This document shows, in pieces, positions 39,658-52,716 of a stretch of 64,000 nucleotides of DNA. A program made the translations under genes and the position numbers. The notes under the pieces were generated by a model. It worked only from the letters and a program-made list of their open reading frames with translations, had not been told where the DNA came from and made no database searches. The stretch's first letter is position 1. Every line of letters begins with the position of its first letter. Origin of the DNA: Owenia fusiformis (lineage: Eukaryota); contig CAIIXF020000001.1 of assembly GCA_903813345.2 (NCBI GenBank), positions 11,532,001-11,596,000 on the forward strand, read 5' to 3'.

Positions 39658-41221
39658 CGTTACTAAAACGAACTATTTTACCAATGTCCAGGAACTTGTA
39701 ATGCGCACCTGGGCAATTAATCTAAAAGTGATTAATTAAATCTGAGATAGTAAGTAGTTAAGTTATTTGAAAACATACACTTTATAAAGAAAACATTGGA
39801 ATTCTTAGAAGCCAAAATGTAAGGCTATCTGCAACTAACACTCACAAACATAGTGATCGTTGAAGATTATACTCCAAACAATACCAGGTGTTGCACAATC
39901 TTAGTGCAAAATCAAGTAAATCAAGAAAAGTATGCAAAAGTTTGATGAAAGACAGTTTAGATCTGCGTTTTGCCAGAATCAAGGAATAATCAGAGGGTGA
40001 AATGTATTGTCTTTAAATAGGCGCACATATTAACCCAAGACAAGAGCAATGCATAAAGAGTTCAAACGATACGTGCACATTTTGAGTTCAATGATGCTCG
40101 AGAAATTCCGTATTGGAACGAGACGAAATCGAGTGCCAGTACAGAATATCGAGACAGAATATATCCTGTATTGCACTTCAAATCATTCAATATCGTGTGA
40201 TCCTCTGTATTACTCCTGAGATTGTCCCCTCCGTAGGGGACAATATTTTCTGTGTTGCGACGGAGATGATCAACGGGGACAATCTCAGTAGCAATACAGA
40301 TTGGTACAGCACAAGAACTGACCATTCAGAGGGCTTCATTTTACAGATCATACGATAAAATGCAATAACGAGCGATCAAAAAATGAAGTTCACGTTGAAT
40401 CAAGACTCGGAGAATTTTTTGGGAAATTATAATGATAAAAATCGTACCATTATCGTGCAAGTCGTGTAAATACATGAGATAGAATAAAGTTTATGTTTAC
40501 ATTGCTCCATAACACATTTTAATGAACATGCTCTCTTTTCCAATATTACGTCACTCCAGTATCATATCAATCATTGTTTCCAGTAAATATTTATTCAAAC
40601 CGTTTTATTTGATTCCTACATTACATCATGAATTTGGCCTAAAATCAAAGTAACCTCTGGTGAATATTATCCACAATGATAAAGATAATAGGGAGTTTAA
40701 GCTTGCATATAAAATCAAAACACCAATCTATACGTATGACCAATCGCCCATACAAATGCATCGCTTAAATATCTTTCGTTCGCGTTTTGTGTACATTGCA
40801 AGCTCCCTATTATGTAAGAAAAAAACTGACGTTAACGTTTCGAAAACCAGGTAGCATATACCATATAAAGGCTTATTAGTAATTAATATTATCCCTCATA
40901 ATCTAAATCGCTATAATAGCCTACTGATTTCTCATACGATCTTTTCACTTGAAGAAAACAGCCAAATACATCTTAATGGCATTAAGTAACAAGGATCAAC
41001 GATAGGTTCTATCGAATGTTGCCCAGTATGTTTTCTGAAATAAATGGTATTGGTTGATTGAGTCATCAAAGTGTTTTCTGGGAATCCAATTACGATCGTA
41101 CCAAAAATGAACAAACGTTGTACATTCTTTCTGATTCAAATGTTTCACATAATTGAAAATGTATATGTTTATCATCTAAAGTTTACGCGTTTATTATCTA
41201 AAACGTACACGTTTATTGTAG

Positions 41222-41345
41222 ATATATGAGACTTAATATTGACTACGTCTGCACTAATAACAACACAAGGGCTGTCTGGTCAGCACGTCAATCCTTCCCC
41301 TCAGGGCATGCAGCATTGGGAGCATTCTCTGCAGCATTTCTTTTT
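41222..41345 (+). CDS. PLPP: PLPP-like paralogue B, exon 4 (C2 motif)
   Basis: ARQSFPSGH. Phase-2 TAG acceptor and GTAAGT donor. 124 nt. Confidence 0.93.
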
Positions 41346-41706
41346 GTAAGTTTTTTGTTACGCATTATGAAAATCATTAAAATTCATTGTATATGTATGT
41401 TACTTAAATACCTTGGTAATTACTTGATTATCAGACTGAAAACTATTGTTTATACTGAACAGTATATCAACTATTTTTTGTGTTATTTGTGTATGTACTG
41501 TAAGAGTATCTGTACTTGAAAGTTATGAACATTTCTAAAAAAAAACATGGATACTTTTTGGAGGAATTTGATATTCTAACATATCAGACAGCAAGAACGA
41601 AATCATAGAAATGAACAAAAGAATGCTTTTAAATCAATTATTAATCATGAAAATGAATCCGTCATAAATTCAACTGATTTAATTGTTTTGAACTTAAATA
41701 TTTCAG

Positions 41707-41883
41707 GTGTATGCCAAGTACAAATGGTCCATCAACAAAACAGTAATCCTTGTACCATTTGTACAAATGCTATTGGTGGCTGCTGCCCTTCACAATGCTG
41801 TACTACGAATCGTTGAGCACCAACATCGCCATATAGATGTATGGGCTGGTAGTTTGATTGGTGTTTGCATTGGCATTCATATG
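41707..41883 (+). CDS. PLPP: PLPP-like paralogue B, exon 5 (C3 motif)
   Basis: LRIVEHQHRHID; 177 nt as in A. Confidence 0.95.
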
Positions 41884-42852
41884 GTAAGAACTAGTTCGAT
41901 CAAACAAAATATAGTACAAGTTGAAGGAAATAGTGGTAAAGTTAAGAATAATCATTTTAAAGCACTTACAGTAACAACTGGGCAATAATTCACGAAGGAC
42001 TGTGTTGACCAATAGTAAAAACATTACATGTCAGTAAAGTTCTTCCCTCTATCTTATTGGATGGGAATAACAAACTCGAATATGAGTGAGGTATCAATCT
42101 TGTGCTTTGTTACAGGGGTTTACAGTGGTTTACGTGGAGCCAAAGGATGTTGGAAGAATGCGAGACAGTTCCTATCAACTTGAATCATCTGGTAGCGTTC
42201 CATCAATAGCAAAATCACCAGTTTCAATGGAAACCTTACATGTACATACAGACAGTTTACCTTAACATATATGATTTAGAAAGCTATAGAGCTTTGTAAT
42301 CGTTTACGAGATCCATTTGGGAACGGGAATCCAATACAAGATACTCATGCCTATGGAACACAGAAAAGCCATAAAGAACGTGGGACTTTAATACCCCGAT
42401 TACTGGACAAGAATGAATCTGAATGGAACATAGAATACCGAGTTGAATGAAAAACACTTATAATGTTGAGAGTAAACACTCTAACAAAATTAAAATCCTG
42501 ACATTCAAATGCCATTGAATGTTTAGTACAAAAAGAATCACTAATGCTGTCAAGAGCATTAGAAAAGCACTTGTAAAATACAACCTGAACTATAGTAAAA
42601 CCTGGCTTCATGGAACACAATCATTTGGTACCTCTAAAACGTGTTCCACTTGGGAAGTGCTCCACTTGCAGAGGTTCATTTAACACAATGTCTTGGAACT
42701 CTGAAAAGTGTTACACTAACAACGGTGTTCCACTTTACATATATGTACATAATTATGATAATTATCACATTATGTAAATATAATTCATTTTGAAAAAAGG
42801 TCTCTGATCACGACAACGTGTAATATATACACACTGTGTTCTTCTTATTCAG

Positions 42853-43008
42853 GTCAACATTAATCAGACCAGTCTGGCCCAGTTACCTCCTCCTGATGTG
42901 GTAGATTTACGACATTTCAGATTCATAGAGTGGATAACTGGATTAACTGGGCCAGATGGGTTTTGTTATGACAACATCCGAGAGTCACATATGGAGATTG
43001 TGATGTAA
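42853..43008 (+). CDS. PLPP: PLPP-like paralogue B, probable exon 6 (tail, stop)
   Basis: CTTCTTATTCAG acceptor, phase 0, 51 codons plus TAA. AATAAA at 43101-43106. No similarity to the A tail. Confidence 0.65.
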   Translation, partial: VNINQTSLAQLPPPDVVDLRHFRFIEWITGLTGPDGFCYDNIRESHMEIVM

Positions 43009-45013
43009 TTGTAGATTTAATGAAATAGTCAAATATATTTTGTAATGATATAGATAACATGTATATATGTATATTTTCGTCACAATGCTTTCACTGCCAT
43101 AATAAAGGCCAAGCCATGTTTAAATAGAATGTGTTTGTAAAGATGTGTATATCATCAAGAATAATTTTACAGTTATCGCATACAACCTGTAATTTTTAGA
43201 TTTGATTCATCAGTAACTTCGAGACAATCTCTGATTGATACTTCTGTATACAGAAGTTCAAAAGAAACTATTTTCGTAATTTCTTTTGAATATCTAAATC
43301 TTGAGTGGTGCAGGGTACCCATGTATTTTTTCATCCAAAATTCATTTATTGGTTTTTCAAGTGCATGTATGTCACAAAAGGGAAAATTCATAAAAAACAG
43401 GTATAATCTTGAGTAGGACTTGACCTTCATTTCGAATAAAAGTTGATCGAAATAAAAAAAGATTATTTTAATTAATTTTTGTTGATGAAGAATTGTGGCC
43501 TGGATATCCTGCATCATTCCTATTTAGATCTCAATAGAAATTAAATAATGAAATATGTTTTGAAGAAATTCTGTCCATAAATCAAGATATCTGATGAAAT
43601 GTCAGCATTGAATCACAACGCTTAGTTTAAACAGCACATATGCAGCTGAGTATTAACATACATGTACTGTTTTACAAGGGTAGATCAAAATAACAAAGGC
43701 GATTTATGTTATCTCTTCTTGGCATAACTACTCACACAAGGCATGTAAATCATCATCATTTTAAACAGAGGTGAGTAGATCCCATAATTACCTTGGTAGC
43801 AGGGGATTCCCCTTAGCTTTCCCTATATGGTCCTACAAGCCTTACCACATGATATTCAAAATGGCAGACAACAGTAATAATAGTAAGTTTAACAGTAAAG
43901 TTGGATTCCTATATGGTTCTATAAGCCTTGTATGGATCTATCACATGAAAACCGTGTGACCCGACACCAACACTGAACTTTTGGAGATCCCTGATTTTAA
44001 TTATGAACCAGGACCATTCAGCCATATTGAAATTTAATACTCAATCTTCAAGTTATTGGAAATGTCAAACTGTGATGTCATTGATGTCATCTGAGATATA
44101 CAGTTTGCAGTTATGAATTAGTTAATGAAACGGAATGAAATAATGTTGTTAGAAGCAATAAACATTTTATCTTCAAACTTCATTTTTATCTCTTGACCAT
44201 ATCTATTATTTTTCTTTATGACATCATGCCAAAAGAATGAAATAAATAGCAATAATATCTACAAACAAATAGTATTAAGATTTTTGCATGTATCATTTAT
44301 TTATTTGTTTTACTTGCAAACATAGAAATCTTTCTGTAATTTAATACATTCAAAATACATCCATTTCACATTAGACAGTACCATTCATTATTAAATAAAT
44401 AAAAAATATAGGCAAGTTACTGAATTTTCCTCAAATGTAGTTAAGATTCGAACACACCCATGGATAATCCGAACCACATTGGTTGCCCTGTACATTTATT
44501 TTGTACACATAAAAGTAGGACATTGTACATGTGTATATTGTGTGTTTACAGAATTCAGATAGCTATTTACTTTACAGCATATAATGGTCAAAAGCCAAGC
44601 AGAAATATTTGATGGACATACATGTAGGAAAGCCCTTTAAATTACAGCTGTATTATTGGGTCTATCATGAAAGTATAGGACTATGAACAATATATGCAAT
44701 TTATACTCTGTATTAAAAAATAAACATTAATTTTTCAGTAAAATTAAAATTTGTTATAATTTTCAATATGTACAGGGTGCTCCATCTTAGTCTGCATAAC
44801 AGAATGCCAGTTTGCAACTAGATTTTTGCCTCACTCTGTCAGTTTTATGAAATAGCAATAAATGTGCAGCTTTGAAAAAACATATTTTGTGGGATTTTTG
44901 AAATCTACAAGAAAGCTGGTAAGCACCCTGATGTTCTGCAATATGACAAGAGTCTATAGGATAGTTTGTATTTGTGACTGAGGCACATAAACTGTTAGTA
45001 TGTGTTAAGTTGA

Positions 45014-45588
45014 TCACCTTCCTGCACATATCAACTTGGAGACTGGATCCACCACATAAGACAACTGATCAAACTGATCAACAGCAAAGACATGATTCTC
45101 ATCATGAGCAATTGCATTAACCTCATAATCCTGCTTTAGTCCAATGCCAACAGCAATTATCTCAATTCCCTCAAAACTTGCTCTGTCAGCTTGATTAATA
45201 GTTTGACCACTGTTCAGGTTTGAAACTCCATCTGTTAGTAGTATGAGATAATCTGGGGCACTTGCCCTGCCCCCATTAAAGGCTTGGAACATCTGCTCTC
45301 TCACAATCTGTATTCCAGCTGCTGTGTTCGTCTGACCAGGCTCATATTTGATGTTGAAAACAGCTTCTTGTAAAGCATCAGTATCCTCATATTGTCCTAA
45401 GTAAATTTCAACCTTAGCATTTGTGCTAAATGTTGCAACTCCGAAACGACTTTGACCCTTTAATTCATCTATAACCGCATCAATGAATTTCAACATTGTC
45501 AAAAAGTTGGGGTCAGTTACACTACCGGATGTGTCTAACAGAAAGACAAGTTCTGCTACATTGCCACAGCCTGCGCCAGAACCGGGAA
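45014..45588 (-). CDS. Exon encoding a complete VWA domain (probably terminal)
   Basis: LVFLLDTSGSV (MIDAS DxSxS), GQTNTAAG, ILLTDG. Phase-1 acceptor. Ends at TGA 45014; an AG|GT donor at the same spot is an alternative. Confidence 0.88.
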
Positions 45589-45741
45589 CTTAAAATTAAC
45601 AAAGAAAAAGAAATATCTTAATTATGTGAACGTTAAATCTTAATTAATTAATATTAAGGCTAAAAAGAAAAAGCACAATGTGCATAATTAGAAAAAACGA
45701 TTTTAACAAAACAGCTCAACTATTGTGTATTTCAGTGGTGC

Positions 45742-46706
45742 TAAATAGCAAAGTACCCCACACACTAATTAGTGACAAACTTTCCCTTTATTGAATCATT
45801 ATGAAATTTCACATGGACAAACTACAAGCAATTTCCAACACTCAAATTTCTTTGATTTGCTTGAATTTCAATTTTCAAAATTTTATAGTCATTTTTCACA
45901 TTTATGCTATATTTATGTATATTTGACACTTGAATAAACTTCAACATCCATAACTTTCTAAGTAGTTTTCCAACACATGACTGTTATATGAATTTTAATA
46001 ACTGATGAACAAGTTGATAGCAATTATGATGACAGTGATTCATGTCTTTGTGTAGATTCATATATGCTTTATGGGCCATCTGAATACATGACGGATATCT
46101 TTGGCATCTGTTTCTCCTACCCGTCTTATCCCTTTACTTCCTGCAAAGCGTCTATTGAAATCTTTACCAGTAGCTCTCTTTTTGAAGAATTTTTAAGACA
46201 TCGGTGTTGTTTATCATATCACCAAACAGTCATTGACAGCAAGTTAACATTCTTCAAAAGATTGCGGGCCTACAGTTGTGTGACCATATTCATCACAGGG
46301 GTTGCCAGGGGGATTCCACCCTAATACCTTTTGCTGTTATTGAATAGCTCACAACCGTTAAGTAGATGGTCTTTTGGAGAGGGCATCACTACATCAACAC
46401 AATTTTCTTTTAATTTTACCCGGAATTCAGGGATATTGTAGTGCTGCTTGTATGGATTCATGGCCTTCCTCAAGCATCCTAATCTATCCCACACAAGGGT
46501 CAACATCCCCCCCCCTAGGAAAAAGCAGGTGAAGTCACGGTGGCACCCCCCTCCTGGCAGGCCTTGTGATTTGAAAGCCTTAATATTGAGTTTTGGAAAT
46601 TGCTTGTAGTTTGTCCATGTGAAATTTCATAATGATTCAATAAAGGGAAAGTGTTTAAAACAAGTTTCAAAGTTTGTGACTAATTAGTATGTGGGGTACT
46701 ATTTAA
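45742..46706. mobile_element. DNA element with ~95-bp TIRs and a nested smaller MITE (46296-46566)
   Basis: AGTACCCCACA..CTAATTAGT..TTTCCCTTTATTGAATCATTATGAAATTTCACATGGACAA is inverted at 46583-46700. Nested CAGGGGTTGCCAGG / CCTGGCAGGCCTTG. Confidence 0.75.
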
Positions 46707-46958
46707 TTGGCATACACACATTTAGTCTTTCACTTCAAACTTATACACGCTTATATATTTGTTATGTTTATCATGCTAGCACTTAAAGAATCCAGAATGA
46801 GCTTATTTAATCATACAAGATTTTTCATGATCTATATTTACAGATATACTGTATTAAACCTGAGTATCATGCACAAGATAACTAATGAGTCTATACAAAC
46901 TCACTTATATAACTGATACATATAAGTAATAGTACAGCAATGATATTCTCAGCCTTAC

Positions 46959-47111
46959 CTATTACGTTGTAGTCTCCTATATCTATGAAATCTTAACAGT
47001 TAAAGCCTGTCCATTCGGGGCTGCACTGACATGTGTAGCCATTTTGGCTTTCATAACATAAGCCGTTATTCTGACAGGGTTCGCTCTCACATGCTCCCTC
47101 ATCTGGTGAAT
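46959..47111 (-). pseudogene. EGF exon with in-frame stop
   Basis: ACESEPCQNNGLCYESQNGYTCQCSPEWTGFNC*DFID; phase 1-1; CAG acceptor and GTAAGG donor intact. Confidence 0.85.
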
Positions 47112-48685
47112 CTGAAAGAGGCGTATACATGTATGATATAGCTCAATAGATATACTTACTCAATGACCTAATTTACCAACATGTTAAAGGCCCTAATATG
47201 GCAAAACACTGAACAACAGAAATATATGCATAGGACATAAATATAACTGTTGCATTGCCTATTGGCTTGCATTTACAATTTAGAGATTCTTTTAATAGGA
47301 TAAGTGTTGTAATCATGAATTCATGTGAATTCAAAGATCCATCATGATGATTACAGTAGATCTCTTCATTTTCATTCACTTCGAATTCTAGGTGTGTTAG
47401 ACACATTTTAATTTTAGACATCAGGCTATTTATTACAAATCAGATTACATAATTGTTTAATGCATTTATATTTAATAAGTACATAATTTGTTTATTTATT
47501 GTCACACATACAAACACATAGAAATGAATTATTTTTTATGATATTTACTATTAAACAATTCTACTATTACAATCGCATAATTTCCTCCTGATAAATCATA
47601 ATTTTCTCTTTATATGGTCATAGTATACAGGTAGCTCTAAAGTAACATATTTACAACAGAAATATGAATACAGACATTTAAATATGACTAGACATACAAT
47701 ACTGAGTTAATTTTCTCATAAATCTTAGTGTGTATTGAGACATTCCAAATCCTGAATGGCATTGCAGCTTTCCCAAATCATCATTTTCATTGGTCCTTGA
47801 TTAGGCCATTAACTCTTTAAGAACAAGGAATCAAGTTTATGGATGAAATCGGAAATACAATATACAAGACTATTATTTCAAAACTGACCATCCTTCATGC
47901 TGTTAGGGATGGGGGCAGCAAATACAGTGTACTTTGTATTACTATTTTCTGAGATCCCTCTCCTGTCAAGCCCAAAAAGCAATATGTAATGAGCCTTCCA
48001 AATTATCAAAACTGCAATTTTTTGAAATCATTGTATGATGATGAGGACTTGTAAAAAATGAATCAAGCCATATTTTGTACAACTATTTGAGAGATTCCTT
48101 TTATTGACCAGGACCCCTTTAGTAAGCCATAGAAACTAGATAATATAGATGTACGCGAGATACACACAATTCAATGGCAAAAAACACAGCTGCACCTCAA
48201 CACCTCATGGTTGCTAATTAATGCTGTCCTGGGTAAATGGGATTTATAGAAAATACTGCTGGATATATCTTGAAAAATATATAAGAAATATCAGCAGGTC
48301 GTCACTTTTTAGATACTTGCACTATATGTATACATCATAGATTGTAGAAGCTGAAGATAATACAAATGAATGACTGAATCTGTACTCTGACAACAGTAAA
48401 TAGCATCGAACCGTAAAAATATTATATACACACTGCACTGTTTACAATAAAACTTATACAAAAGAAAGTTAAAGAATACAATATTGTGGGGATTTCAGAA
48501 CAAAAATAGAAAAAAGAAAAAAAAAGTACAAGACATTGTACATACACACTGTTCATTATAAAACTTAAATATTACTTCTATGGCAGTGCATTGCTTGTAC
48601 GAGTCGATGATGTGCTTTTGCATATATAGTATAGAATGAGCATTCCTGGTTTCTTTTTGTTTAAAAGTTGGTTTGTTAGTATTGC

Positions 48686-48767
48686 CTGAAGGTGAGATCC
48701 ATTGTATGGAGCCCAGTCCATATCTGTGCGTTTATGTATGGGGTGACAAGGCATGGATCTGGGGGTA
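48686..48767 (-). pseudogene. Decayed EGF-like exon
   Basis: Phase-1 TTTTAAG acceptor, then PPDPCLVTPYIN..WTGLH (C-to-Y change and an internal deletion inferred). Only a GC donor is available. Confidence 0.4.
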
Positions 48768-49599
48768 CTTAAAATAATATTTCTGCATCATGTAAACTTA
48801 GACTTATTTCCGGTCAACTATCTTGAATTATCAACATGTCTGTGTGAATCATTGAAAATATTTCTTAATGGGCATCATCACTTTGAACTCCCAGATCCAG
48901 CCCTGTGTTAGTGCAATAAAGCAGAGAGTAGAAGATAAAGATTCAAGTCAGAATGGTGGATAGAAAGCTACAGTATGTCCAGCTGATCAGCTAGTGAACA
49001 TTACATGGTGTTCACAAATACAGTACAGAATAAAGAATGCTCCAAAGCCAAGTGTACAGTACAGGGTGTCCCCTAGACTAGTTTCCAGGTACGTATGGGA
49101 GGTCATAGCCTTCACGATAGTAACGCCCATCAGGACCGTAAAAGCTGGGTCGCCCTGTAATCGAATCAAAGTGCGATGCAGTAAAACATATTACCAGTGT
49201 ATTGGTTAAATTTTGTAAGGTTACTTTATTGAGAGTTAAATCAAAATCTGGGTTAATAAAAATAACATGTTTTACTGCATCTTAAAATATAAATCTTACA
49301 AAGACAGAACAGTTAACATTAGTATGAGCAAATTATCTTCATTATTTTAAGATAAACATTTTACATATCTTAACATTAATGCATGCACTATAAGTCCTAT
49401 TATTAAGAGGAATAAATGTCTAGCTGAATTAATCAAATTATATTAATTAATTAATCAAAGCTAAGGTGTTTTTTACTTTATTTTTAGTAGAAGTGTTACG
49501 ATGTGCAAGGGAAGGGTTAGATTCATTCAGGTAACCATAATTCTAGCTATTGATGGGGTACAATAAGAAAAAAGACTGAACCATGAAATGATATGTCAG

Positions 49600-50331
49600 A
49601 CTCTATAAACCTACACATTATTAGGACCATAGAAAAAAAATCAGGGGAATGTAAACAGAGAAATAAATCCAGGGAATGGTATCGTTATACTAACAACACA
49701 ACAGTGATTAGTCAGGATTTCATAATAAAAGTTCAAGAAGACTAACTCTAATGATGAACCTACACATAAGTGGGACCATAGAAAAAAAATCAGGGAATGT
49801 AATCTGAGAAATAAATCCAGGGAATGGTATCGTAATACTAACAACACAACAATGATTAGTCAGGATTTCATGATAAAAGTTAAAGTAGACTAACTCTAAT
49901 GATAAACCTACACATAAGTGGGACCATAGAAAAAAAATCAGGGAATGTAATCTGAGAAATAAATCCAGGGAATGGTATCGTAATACTAACAACACAATGA
50001 TGATTAGTCAGGATTTCATAATAAAAGTTAAAGTAGACTAACTCTAATGATAAACCTACACATAAGTGGGACCATAGAAAAAAAATCAGGGAATGTAATC
50101 TGAGAAATAAATCCAGGGAATGGTATTGTAATACTAACAACACAACATTGATTAGTCAGGATTTCATAATAAAAGTTAAAGTAGACTAACTCTAATGATA
50201 AACCTACACATAAGTGGGACCATAGAAAAAAATCAGGGAATGGAATCTGAGAAATAAATCCAGGGAATGGTATCGTTATACTAACAACACAACATTGATT
50301 AGTCAAAATTTCATAATAAAAGTTAAAGTAG
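49600..50331. repeat. 148-bp tandem repeat, about 5 copies
   Basis: GGACCATAGAAAA at 49624, 49773, 49921, 50069 and 50217. Confidence 0.95.
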
Positions 50332-50336
50332 AAAAC

Positions 50337-50471
50337 CTTCAGCTTAAGGCTGAACTTTAGTTTCACAGAAGTCTCCTGTAAAAGCTTCCGGACAGGTACA
50401 TTGTGTAGCATTGGGGGTTGCGACATCACAAAATCCTCCATTTATACACTTAGCATCGCTACATAAATCAC
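50337..50471 (-). pseudogene. EGF exon with in-frame stop before the phase-1 donor
   Basis: DLCSDAKCINGGFCDVATPNATQCTCPEAFTGDFCETKVQP*AE. The EGF frame is missed by the ORF track. Confidence 0.75.
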
Positions 50472-50980
50472 CTGAGAATGGCATGATATTATTGGTTGGT
50501 TTGAATTATATTTAGATATACATGTATATAGTCCCGATGGTACAAAGTTACTGTGTCAGGCGCTCCCTCGTCTTTGTTCTGACCAGAGTACAGAGGATTA
50601 ACATCAAAATATTGAGATGAAATAATCTCCATTCACAAAAAAGCAATTTTTTACAATGTTTGGTTGGATTTAGAGTTATATATTATAATCACAAATTATT
50701 TTAAATATCAATGTTACTAAAATGTGAAGTATTAATTTAATTAAATTCATATTATACTTGATCAACAACATTGTTAATAGTGATTACAGTAGAAATGATT
50801 ATTCACAAAAAACAAGTTTTATTGATTTAGAGATTTATGAGTATATTAATGCATAAGTTCCAAATTCATTAATTCAATGATTAACATGGAAGAAAATAGT
50901 CCTTATTTTGAAGGGTCTTGGGAAGCATATCACACAAAAATATGCTTTAAAATAGACACATGATTTTATCCCTTATCATT

Positions 50981-52126
50981 AACAAAACCAGAACAACGGC
51001 AACGCCAAAGCGTAGCGAATCCCATCGAACATTTTTCAAAACGGGCACCTTCTACCAAAAGTGTCATAAGACAGTGTGCCATGCTTATAATATTCACATA
51101 CCAAATATGAACAAAATCGCTCTACTACTTTTCGAGTTATAGTAAAATACATTAAAATGAAAAATGGCCGCCTTCTACCAAAAGTGTCATTAGACAGTGT
51201 GCCATGCTTATACGTATTCACATACCAAATATGAACAAAATCACTCCACTACTTATCGAGTTATCAAAATGGCAGCCATTTTTCAAAATGTCCGCCATTT
51301 TTCAAAATGGCCGCCTTCAAACAAAAGTGTCATTAGACAGTGTGCCATGCTTACAGTATTCACATACCAAATATGAAAAAAATCGCTCCACTACTTTTCG
51401 AGTTATAGTAAAATATGTTAAAATGGCGGCCATTTTGAAAAATGACCGCCCTCTACCAAAAGTGTCATTAGACAGTGTGCCATGCTTATACATATTCACA
51501 TACCAAATATGAACAAAATCGCTCCACTACTTTTCGAGTTTTAGTAAAATAAGTTAAAATGGCAGCCATTTTTCAAAATGTCCGCCATTTTTCAAAATGG
51601 CCACCTTCTACCAAAAGTGTCATTAGACAGAATGCCATGCTTATAGTATTCACATACCAAATATGAACAAAATCGCTCCAATACTTTTCGAGTTACAGCA
51701 AAAATCGTAAAACAACGAGTAAAGGCCACCATTTTTCAAGATGGCTGCCATGTGCTTTTTAATATCTACATTTCCAGCTTTATTAATGTCCTATATAATT
51801 TTTTTACATTTAAAACATATTGCTATTACAGTTTTACATATTGCACCTAAATTACTGTAAAATCGGCACTAAAATGGCCGCCATTTTTAAATGAGCGGCC
51901 ATTTTGAAAATTGGCTTTCGAGCAGAACTTCTACCCCCATAGGGTATATGTGTACAAAATATGAATAAAATCGGGCGAACGGTATTTGAGTTATTGCCCG
52001 GACGGACGGACGGACGGACGGACGTACGGACGGACGTACGTACGGACGGATGTACGTACGGACGGACGGACGGACGGACGGAGGCGTTCCCTATATCCCT
52101 CCGAACTTCGTTCGATGGGATAACAA
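50981..52126 (+). mobile_element. Complete Helentron-associated (HINE/DINE-1/pearl-type) non-autonomous element
   Basis: 5' subTIR GGCAACGCC, about 5 tandem core repeats (CTACCAAAAGTGTCATTAGACAGTGTGCCATGC...), a (GGAC)n microsatellite at 52000-52080, 3' subTIR GGCGTTCCC and terminal hairpin ATCCC..CGAAC-TTC-GTTCG..GGGAT. Confidence 0.85.
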
Positions 52127-52348
52127 CTAACAAAATTGGTCCTCTTCGAATTCAAAAGTTGTTATTACATACATCAGAAATGTTCTTGTGCAAATCTTAA
52201 TGGACGTAAATTCTTTGTCACATATATCAACTTAATTACATCCAACTTACTATATTCGCTTTTTATATAAAAGCTTTCCTTTTGGAATAAATTCAAACGA
52301 TTCATACTGAAACGGCAATAGTGGAACTTGATTTATTATTTGACATAC

Positions 52349-52495
52349 CTCTCAATGGATATTCACAGTTGTAACCACCGAAGCCTGGAGCGCAGTCACA
52401 TGTGTATATTCCCAGCTCATCTATGCAGATTCCATTGTTCTTGCATGGGTTGGACTTACACTGGTCAGTATCAGCGGGGAATTCACAGTTTATAC
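52349..52495 (-). CDS. Calcium-binding-type EGF exon of the disrupted ECM gene
   Basis: [45 protein letters not shown]; phase 1-1. Confidence 0.9.
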
Positions 52496-52619
52496 CTACG
52501 AGCACAAATATTTTAAGACTCTTCAGCGTAAAACATCTTACACATTTTCATAAATAGGACCAGGTGGCATGACATTGCCTTTCTATTAATCTATATTGTA
52601 AAGTAAGTGGAACACCTCC

Positions 52620-52716
52620 AAGTCTTGCCTCAACACAGTATACCCCCCCTTCCCATAACAAGGTGAACTACACAGGAGAGGGGGGGGGGGGTGTGGACAG
52701 TCCTGGGGCAAGACTC
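52620..52716. mobile_element. TAGTCT...AGACTA-family hairpin MITE nested in a pogo-type MITE
   Basis: AGTCTTGCCTCA / TGGGGCAAGACT ends. 9-bp flanks AACACCTCC / ACCACCTCC. Confidence 0.7.

Noticed and set aside
46993-50346. Reassigned or read-through TAA codons as the explanation for the in-frame stops
   Set aside because: Frameshifts occur in the same gene and neighbouring genes appear to end at normal TAG/TAA, so pseudogenisation is simpler.
49641-50441. Four overlapping similar hydrophobic ORFs
   Set aside because: Artefacts of the 148-bp tandem repeat. The real coding signal is an EGF exon in another frame.
51852-52200. SVRP/GRTD repeat ORFs
   Set aside because: Translation of the (GGAC)n microsatellite in a HINE-type element.
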